The notes under the pieces: generated by a model
Seen by the model: the letters and a program-made list of their open reading frames with translations, nothing else
Database searches by the model: none
Told to the model about the DNA's origin: nothing
Program-made: the position numbers and the translations under genes
DNA from: Syntrophorhabdaceae bacterium
GTDB lineage: Bacteria > Desulfobacterota > Syntrophorhabdia > Syntrophorhabdales > Syntrophorhabdaceae
DNA: 64,000 nucleotides
Assembly: GCA_963666485.2 (NCBI GenBank)
Contig: CAXXUO010000006.1
Span: 1-64,000, forward strand
Direction: 5' to 3'
Shown here: one piece after another, positions 57,459-64,000 of the stretch
Layout: each line of letters starts with the position of its first letter
How positions within the stretch are numbered: position 1 is the first letter of the stretch

Positions 57459-59279
57459 TTATATTTTTTGCCCGGCTATCTTCGACCGTTTCCGTTCCAG
57501 CCCGTCGAGGATGGTCTTGCGCAGCCTGATCGATTTCGGGGTTATCTCAACCAACTCATCTTCGTTAATGTAGGATATGCAATCTTCAAGGCTCATGTAC
57601 CGGGCAGGCGTGAGGATGACGGCGTCGTCGGACCCGGCGGCCCTCATGTTGGTGAGCTTTTTCCCTTTTGCGGGATTTATGACGAGGTCTATCTCACGGC
57701 TGTGTTCGCCGATGATCTGGCCTCCGTAGACCTTTTCTCCGGGTCCCAGGAAGAGTTCTCCACGGTCCTGGAGGTTGAACAGGGCATACGCTACCGTGGT
57801 ACATTCCTCCATGACAACGAGAACGCCATTGTTGCGGTTTTTCATCTCACCGGCATACCGGTCATACCCGTCAAAGATGTAGTTCATCGTACCTGTTCCT
57901 TTTGTCTCGGTCAGGAACTGTGAACGAAAACCAATGAGCCCGCGCGTCGGTATGCGGTAGCTCAGCCTCACGATACCCTTGTTCTGGTCCATGTGGACCA
58001 TCAGGCCTTTGCGTTTTCCGAGATTTTCTATGACGTTGCCGGCATACGCTTCATCGACGTCGATAGTGAGTTCTTCATATGGCTCGAGGACCCCGTCTTC
58101 GGTGTCGTGATAGATGACCTTTGGCCGGGTGACCTGAAATTCGTACCCTTCACGGCGCATCTTTTCGATGAGGATCGACAGGTGCAGTTCGCCGCGCCCC
58201 GAGACCTTATACCCGATCGAATCATTGAGCTCCTCGACGACGAGCGCGACATCCGACAGCGTCTCCCGCATGAGCCTTTCCCTGATATGCCGTGACGTCA
58301 GAAAACGTCCTTCCTTTCCGGCGAAAGGAGAATCGTTGGGAATGAAGTTCATGGATATCGTGGGCGGGTCGATATCGATGCCGGGCAGGGGGGCAGGATT
58401 TTCGGGATCGGTAAGTGTCTGGCCGATCGTGATCGACTCCATTCCGGCCACGGCTACTATTTCACCCGTTCCCGCAATTTGCGTCTCCTCCATAGAACTT
58501 CCCTTGAACCGGTAGACCTTTGTGATCCGGGCCGGGGAAGAGGGCACGCCTTCAGTCGCGACGATGACATCCTTGTTGAGGTTGAGCACACCGGATGTTA
58601 TCTTGCCGATCGCGAGCCTGCCGAGGAAAGGGGAGTACGAAAGCGAGCTTACCAGCATCTGCAGCGGGGCCTCGGGATTGCCCATAGGAGGCGGGACCGC
58701 ATCGATGATCATATCGAACAGGGGAAGCATCGAAGAATTGGGAACTTCGTGATCGAGCGTCGCATACCCTGCCTTCGCCGACGTGTAAATGATCGGGAAA
58801 TCAAGGATGTCGTCCGGCGCATCGAGCTTGACGAAGAGATCGAACACCTGGTCCACGACCCAGTCGCACCGGGCCGCCGGTTTGTCGATCTTGTTGACAA
58901 CGACAATGACCGGGAGCTTGAGGCCCAGGGCTTTTTTCAGGACGAACCGTGTCTGGGGCATCGGCCCTTCCGCGGCATCGACGAGCAGAAGCACGCCGTC
59001 CGCCATCTTGAGCACTCTTTCGACCTGCCCGCCGAAATCGGCATGACCGGGTGTATCGATAATATTGATAAAATGGTCTTTATATACGAAAGATCCATTT
59101 TTTGACGAGATCGTTATACCGCGCTCGCGTTCGAGGTCCATGGAGTCCATAAGGCGCTCTTCTACGTGCTCATTGTCGCGGAACATCCCGCTCTGCCTGA
59201 AGAATTGGTCTACAAGCGTGGTCTTCCCATGATCGACGTGGGCGATGATCGCAATATTCCTGATCTTATTCTGTTCCAT
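57459..59279 (-). CDS. typA: Translational GTPase TypA/BipA
   Basis: IRNIAIIAHVDHGKTT, RGITI, DTPGH, NKID, GRGELHL and KKLTNMRAAG. Confidence 0.97.
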   Translation of the reverse strand: MEQNKIRNIAIIAHVDHGKTTLVDQFFRQSGMFRDNEHVEERLMDSMDLERERGITISSKNGSFVYKDHFINIIDTPGHADFGGQVERVLKMADGVLLLVDAAEGPMPQTRFVLKKALGLKLPVIVVVNKIDKPAARCDWVVDQVFDLFVKLDAPDDILDFPIIYTSAKAGYATLDHEVPNSSMLPLFDMIIDAVPPPMGNPEAPLQMLVSSLSYSPFLGRLAIGKITSGVLNLNKDVIVATEGVPSSPARITKVYRFKGSSMEETQIAGTGEIVAVAGMESITIGQTLTDPENPAPLPGIDIDPPTISMNFIPNDSPFAGKEGRFLTSRHIRERLMRETLSDVALVVEELNDSIGYKVSGRGELHLSILIEKMRREGYEFQVTRPKVIYHDTEDGVLEPYEELTIDVDEAYAGNVIENLGKRKGLMVHMDQNKGIVRLSYRIPTRGLIGFRSQFLTETKGTGTMNYIFDGYDRYAGEMKNRNNGVLVVMEECTTVAYALFNLQDRGELFLGPGEKVYGGQIIGEHSREIDLVINPAKGKKLTNMRAAGSDDAVILTPARYMSLEDCISYINEDELVEITPKSIRLRKTILDGLERKRSKIAGQKI

Positions 59280-59300
59280 AAGGGATAAGTTAGAAGGTTG

Positions 59301-59326
59301 TAAGGCCCGGGGTTAACCGGGCCTTA
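59301..59326 (-). other. Stem-loop between csp and typA without U-tract
   Basis: TAAGGCCCGG-ggttaa-CCGGGCCTTA. Confidence 0.6.
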
Positions 59327-59338
59327 GGTTGGTCTGTT

Positions 59339-59539
59339 TTATGCCTTTGCTACGTTCGATGCTGCAGGGCCCTTCGGGCCGCTGACGACATCAAATGTCA
59401 CTGAATCGCCCTCGGACAGGGATTTGAAGCCGCTGCCCTGGATCGCTGAATAGTGGACGAACACGTCTGTGCCGTCATCACCTGTGATAAAACCAAAACC
59501 TTTTGACTCGTTGAACCACTTCACAGTTCCTTTTGCCAT
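59339..59539 (-). CDS. cspA: Cold-shock protein
   Basis: [15 protein letters not shown] (RNP1) and DVFVHYS (RNP2); 66 aa. Confidence 0.95.
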   Translation of the reverse strand: MAKGTVKWFNESKGFGFITGDDGTDVFVHYSAIQGSGFKSLSEGDSVTFDVVSGPKGPAASNVAKA

Positions 59540-59661
59540 GCTAATGAAACCTCCTGATAGAATGTGGAAGAAGAAGGAACTGTGCTACGGACAAACGACA
59601 AAAATGTATATTCCTGCGGTATGTGACGAACAGCGTGTTCCCTTCCTTTGTTCCGAGGTCG

Positions 59662-59690
59662 ATTATCGCATAAAAATCAGTCATGTGCAA
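59662..59690 (-). promoter_or_regulatory. Putative csp promoter giving a ~115 nt 5' UTR
   Basis: Minus strand TTGCAC-17 nt-GATAAT with extended TG. Confidence 0.55.
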
Positions 59691-59816
59691 GAAATAATTA
59701 TCGAGGGCCGTCCGGAAACGAAGGAATACCGCTATTTTCGCTTGAAACGCTGCATGAATTTTTATTAATCTTTTACTTTGCAGCGAAAAACTGCGGCTTT
59801 CGAAGGAGAAAAAAGC

Positions 59817-60611
59817 ATGGCGGATTTTGACAGGGGACTTGAATTGTATGATAGGCCGGAGATCCTGTACCGGCTTTTTTTTCCGCGGCGGGAAGTGGCC
59901 CCGGATTCGGACACAGCCAGGAACCATTACGTCGATGCCGCCCCCGGCATAGCGATCGGCTGCCGTTTCTTCACGGTCCGGAATGATGCGCCCAATCTTA
60001 TCTACTTCCATGGAAATGGTGAGATTGCCGCCGACTATGATTATGTTGCTCCTGTTTATGCACAGTACGGCCTCAACCTGTTTGTGGCCGATTACCGGGG
60101 GTACGGCGGAAGCGGCGGGACCCCGACATGCACCGCAATGATAAAGGATGCCCATCCGGTATTTCGGTATTTCGCGAACTATCTGAAGGAAACCGGGTAT
60201 ACGGGCCCCCTTTTTGCAATGGGCCGTTCCCTCGGAAGCGCTCCCGCGATAGAACTCGCCTTTCATTACGGGGACGCCCTGAAAGGCCTTATCATCGAAA
60301 GCGGGTTCGCGAGCGCGCACAATCAGATCGGCCGCCTGGGCGTCGAGTACCTTTTTGACGACGGGACTGAGCCGGTAGGGTTCGGAAACGACCTGAAGAT
60401 AGGAGATGTGAGGCTGCCCACCCTGATAATCCACGGTGAATGGGACGAAATAATTCCCGCATCGGAAGGACGGCACTTATTCGAGCTGTCCGGTGCCGCG
60501 GATAAAACATCTTTATTTATTCCCCATGCCGGTCACAACGATATTATGTATCACGGGCTGAAACAATACATGGAAGCCGTGCGCTCGTTTGTCGCAAGGT
60601 GCGGCGCGTAA
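59817..60611 (+). CDS. Alpha/beta hydrolase
   Basis: YFHGNGE, DYRGYG, GRSLG nucleophile, HGEWDE and AGHND. Confidence 0.9.
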   Translation: MADFDRGLELYDRPEILYRLFFPRREVAPDSDTARNHYVDAAPGIAIGCRFFTVRNDAPNLIYFHGNGEIAADYDYVAPVYAQYGLNLFVADYRGYGGSGGTPTCTAMIKDAHPVFRYFANYLKETGYTGPLFAMGRSLGSAPAIELAFHYGDALKGLIIESGFASAHNQIGRLGVEYLFDDGTEPVGFGNDLKIGDVRLPTLIIHGEWDEIIPASEGRHLFELSGAADKTSLFIPHAGHNDIMYHGLKQYMEAVRSFVARCGA

Positions 60612-60687
60612 CATTTCATCCCCCTTCCTTGAAATCTGACGAAGGAATCTTACATTTCCTTTATAAGAAGGTCCAAGGGAGGGGCAT

Positions 60688-61140
60688 ATGAAACCACCAC
60701 AAGCGATCCTGGTACCGACCGATTTTTCAGACTTTTCCGATGACGCTCTGGAACTCGCTTATGACATTGCAAAACAGTACAACGCGAAGATCTGCCTTCT
60801 TCACGTCATCGAGATCATCCGGCAATGTACCGTGGACTATTGCCTCGACATCCAAACGGTAGAATCGCTCGAAACACAAACGTTAACGGCCTCGGAAGAC
60901 CTCATGAAAAAGCAGATCGAGCGGGTCATCAAAACGAAAGATGTCGAGATCACGACGGACATCAGGAAAGGGACACCGTACCGGGAGATCCTGAATGAAC
61001 AGCAATCAAAGAATATTGACCTGATCGTCATCGCGTCCCACGGCAGGACCGGCCTTTTAAGCCATCTCATCGGCAGCGTAGCGGAAAAGGTCACACACGG
61101 GGCCAAATGCCCGGTCGTTCTTGTCAGGCCAAAGCACTGA
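60688..61140 (+). CDS. Universal stress protein
   Basis: ILVPTDFS, DLIVIASHGRTG, IGSVAEKV and CPVVLV. Confidence 0.93.
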   Translation: MKPPQAILVPTDFSDFSDDALELAYDIAKQYNAKICLLHVIEIIRQCTVDYCLDIQTVESLETQTLTASEDLMKKQIERVIKTKDVEITTDIRKGTPYREILNEQQSKNIDLIVIASHGRTGLLSHLIGSVAEKVTHGAKCPVVLVRPKH

Positions 61141-61158
61141 TCGGAGGCAGGTTCTTAG

Positions 61159-61195
61159 AAAAAAAGAGCGCCGGCTTGAAACCGGCGCTCTTCTA
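61159..61195. terminator. Terminator between convergent usp and MFS genes
   Basis: A7-GAGCGCCGG-cttgaaa-CCGGCGCTC-TTCT; strong U-tract on the minus strand. Confidence 0.8.
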
Positions 61196-61217
61196 TTAAA
61201 CGCGAGAAGTGATCCTC

Positions 61218-62462
61218 TTACCTTTTGTATTCGGAAACATGTTTCGGCCGTGTGAATGCGAGGGCGATGATAAAGCCGACGACCAACAGGCCCGCTGCGG
61301 TATAGAGCGACTGCTGTTTGTTGAATTCGGCGAACACAAAACCGCCGACAACGCCCGCCGCGCCCCATGCCGTGAGCAAGAAACCGTAGATCCTTCCAAT
61401 ATACGTCGGTCCGAACGAGTCGGCCGAGAAGGCAGGCATGACAGCAAAGCCGCCGCCCAGGCACGCAAGGAGATAGCAGGCGATGATCGTGAATACGAGC
61501 ACACTGCTGATCTGGGGAAGGATGACATACAGGATTGCCTGCGTAATGAACATGACCATGTAGGTGCCCTTCCGGCCGATCTTATCGGAAACGGCAGCCC
61601 AGAAAAGACGTCCCAATCCGTTGAATATAGACGCCGTGGCCAGGACGCCGCCACCGAGCACTGCCAGTTTCGCCGGGTCATCGACGTTCTGGGCAACCTT
61701 GATGACTTCCTGTGCCATGGGTGAAAGTTTCGACAGAAGCCCCATGCCTGCCGTGACGTTCAAAAAGAGCATGCCCCAGAGCATGTACCACTGGCGTGTC
61801 CGTTTTGCCTCTGTCCAACTGAAGGAATCGGCCGCGCTGACCGTTGTGGCAGCCGGTGTAAAGCCCTTGGGAAGCCAGCCCGCGGGGGGGTTTTTCAGGG
61901 TCGAGGAACAGATCAGGTTGAGCACCAGGTAGACCGCGCCGAGTATGAAAAAGGAGTTGGCCACACCGACATTAACGATAAGTTTGGGAATGATCATACC
62001 AATAAAGAATGCGCCAAAACCGAACCCCATGACAGCAAGGCCGGTTATCATACCGCGCTTATCCGGGAACCACCGGATCAAGGTAGCGATTGGCACGACA
62101 TAGGCGAGACCATTTCCGATACCGGCGATGACCCCGTAGCCGATGAGCAGGAACCAGAAGCTGCCGGCCTTGAGCGCCACGCCGCCCAGGAGAACACCAA
62201 CACCGTAAAAACAGGCGCCCAGTATTGCAACGAATTTCGGCCCTTTTTTATCAACGAGCATGCCGCCGAAAGCGGCGGAACAACCGATGACGCCGATGAT
62301 CAGCATGAACACGCGCGCTACCATCTTGGCTTCCCAACCCTGGGCGGCCACGATAGGTTTCACGAAAACCGACCATGCGTAAACGGTGCCCAGAATGAGC
62401 ATGATCACGACACCGGCGATTGCAAGAAACCAGCGCTTACTCTCCAAGTTTTGTTCACTCAT
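61218..62462 (-). CDS. MFS transporter, OFA/monocarboxylate family
   Basis: YAWSVF, DKKGP, RWFPDKRG, NGLGR..SDKIGR and GGGF; about 12 TM helices. Confidence 0.9.
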   Translation of the reverse strand: MSEQNLESKRWFLAIAGVVIMLILGTVYAWSVFVKPIVAAQGWEAKMVARVFMLIIGVIGCSAAFGGMLVDKKGPKFVAILGACFYGVGVLLGGVALKAGSFWFLLIGYGVIAGIGNGLAYVVPIATLIRWFPDKRGMITGLAVMGFGFGAFFIGMIIPKLIVNVGVANSFFILGAVYLVLNLICSSTLKNPPAGWLPKGFTPAATTVSAADSFSWTEAKRTRQWYMLWGMLFLNVTAGMGLLSKLSPMAQEVIKVAQNVDDPAKLAVLGGGVLATASIFNGLGRLFWAAVSDKIGRKGTYMVMFITQAILYVILPQISSVLVFTIIACYLLACLGGGFAVMPAFSADSFGPTYIGRIYGFLLTAWGAAGVVGGFVFAEFNKQQSLYTAAGLLVVGFIIALAFTRPKHVSEYKR

Positions 62463-62774
62463 GTAACAAACCTCCCCAGTTTAATTATTATTCAATGTAC
62501 GGAACAACGCCTCGCTGCTGTGTACCAGACTCCCCTTTTTATACCGGCGTGTCCTGTGGTTTTGTATGCATGCTTTTTACCACCTTTTTTTTGACGTAGT
62601 CAACCTTTTTTGTATCTTCATGAAATCCGCACACCTGTAATTTTCCGCGGGAAACCTGAAAAATAACCGAAAATATAATTAAAAAACCTATCACATATTT
62701 TATAAACATTATTTTTCTTGAAGCCGGCGGAAAATAGCGCATGATGTGATATCATAAGCACTCCCGACATAATG

Positions 62775-62804
62775 AAAACCCCGGGGTGGAAAACCCCGGG
62801 GTTT
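62775..62804 (-). terminator. Probable terminator of the aminotransferase gene
   Basis: AAAACCCCGGGG-tggaaaa-CCCCGGGGTTT inverted repeat. Confidence 0.55.
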
Positions 62805-62834
62805 CCTGGTCCCGGATCATTATCGGTCCTTACG

Positions 62835-64000
62835 TCATTTACCGCACAGGCGCTCCTCTGCGGCTTCGAGCGTGGCCAGTTTCTTGGCGAAAGCGAAACG
62901 TACCATTTTCTTGCCCATCCCTTTTGTTCCATAGAAGCACGATCCCGGAACGACCGCCACGCCGAGGTTGGAGGGCAGCCACCGCGCAAAGGAGTAATCG
63001 TCCCCGTCGAAATCCCAGTTGCTGAAATCGGCCATCACATAGTAGGAGCCCTGCGGGGCCGAGGCTGAGAAACCGGCCTTGTCGATAATCGACATCATTT
63101 TTGCGCGCCGCGCGGTGTAATCGGCCTGAAGCTGCGTGTAGTACGTGTCGGGAAGCTGAAGGACTGCCGCACACGCCGCCTGCAGCGGGGCAGGTGCGCA
63201 TATCGTCATAAAGTCATGAACGGTCCTCAGGATCGTGCTCAAGGGGTTCATGGCGCACGCGTACCCGAGCCGCCACCCCGTCATCGCGAATGTCTTGCCG
63301 AGGCCGCTGATCGTCACAGTGCGTTCAGCCATGCCGGGTACCGACGCGAGCGGGACGTGCCTGAGCCCATCGTAGGTTATATGTTCGTAGATCTCGTCGG
63401 TTATAGCGACGACATTGAATTCCTGGCACAGCCCGGCGATGCCTTCCATTTCGTCCTGCGTGAAGACGTGTCCGGTCGGGTTGTGCGGGGTATTGACGAT
63501 AATTGCCTTCGTCCTTTCGTTGAATGCGTCACGAAGCCAGTCGAGGTTCAGGGTATAATCAGGCGCTTCAAGGGGCACAAAGCGGGCCGTGCCGCCCGAG
63601 AAGACCACGGCGGGGAGATATCCCTCATGGTACGGTTCGATAATGATGACCTCATCGCCCTTGTTGATGATCCCCATCAGTGTCGCAAGAATGGCCTCCG
63701 TGACCCCGCACGTGACCGTTACGTGTTCGTTGGGGTCGAATTTCAGGCCATACCATTTCTCCATCTTGGCCGTGATGGCCTCGCGCAGGGGAAGCGTCCC
63801 CCAGGTGATCGTGTACTGATTTCCGCCCGACTCCAGGGCCTTCTGGGCCGCCTCGATCGCTTCGCGCGGCGGATCGAAATCCGGGAACCCCTGCGACAGG
63901 TTGATCGCGTTGTGCGTAATTGCCAGCCGCGTCATTTCCCTGATGAAAGATTCCCGGATCATGTGGAGGCGCTGAGCGCCGCCTCCCTGGACAGGGTCGA
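62835..64000 (-). CDS. PLP-dependent aminotransferase class I/II (YbdL/KAT-like); start probably beyond the window
   Basis: AINLSQGFPDF, NTPHNPTG, DEIYE and GKTFAMTGWRLG; the frame is open to the window end. Confidence 0.9.
   Translation of the reverse strand, partial: DPVQGGGAQRLHMIRESFIREMTRLAITHNAINLSQGFPDFDPPREAIEAAQKALESGGNQYTITWGTLPLREAITAKMEKWYGLKFDPNEHVTVTCGVTEAILATLMGIINKGDEVIIIEPYHEGYLPAVVFSGGTARFVPLEAPDYTLNLDWLRDAFNERTKAIIVNTPHNPTGHVFTQDEMEGIAGLCQEFNVVAITDEIYEHITYDGLRHVPLASVPGMAERTVTISGLGKTFAMTGWRLGYACAMNPLSTILRTVHDFMTICAPAPLQAACAAVLQLPDTYYTQLQADYTARRAKMMSIIDKAGFSASAPQGSYYVMADFSNWDFDGDDYSFARWLPSNLGVAVVPGSCFYGTKGMGKKMVRFAFAKKLATLEAAEERLCGK

Overview
GC-rich window from an anaerobic bacterium. 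The gene style suggests a Desulfobacterota/Syntrophorhabdus-like deltaproteobacterium, but that is inference only. Bases 1-44.4 kb form an accessory-looking energy/stress block around a divergent promoter at about 10.2-10.4 kb. Leftward are a cation/H+ antiporter, a K+ channel, hypABFCDE, DUF3300 and DUF2950. Rightward is a tightly packed ~21.5 kb run: ROK kinase::PGI fusion, Pfk, Pta, AckA, PFOR, a DHOD-like flavoprotein, Pyk, GpmA, a 4x[4Fe-4S] protein plus AOR-family enzyme, and EchABCDEF. It is followed by an RND pump, three small exported proteins and two cytoplasmic glycosidases. My lead hypothesis is an NAD-free glucose-to-acetate+H2 pathway in which a GOR-type tungsten enzyme replaces GAPDH/PGK. 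A hipBA module separates this block from core genes (ffs, dnaX, ybaB, recR, pckG, cobB, typA, csp and others). Intergenic spaces on the right carry heptamer tandem arrays that start just after stop codons and paired CGTC-type palindromic elements. Single-base homopolymer indels break DUF2950, DUF3300, echA and dnaX and are most likely sequencing errors. All family calls come from motif recognition, not database searches.
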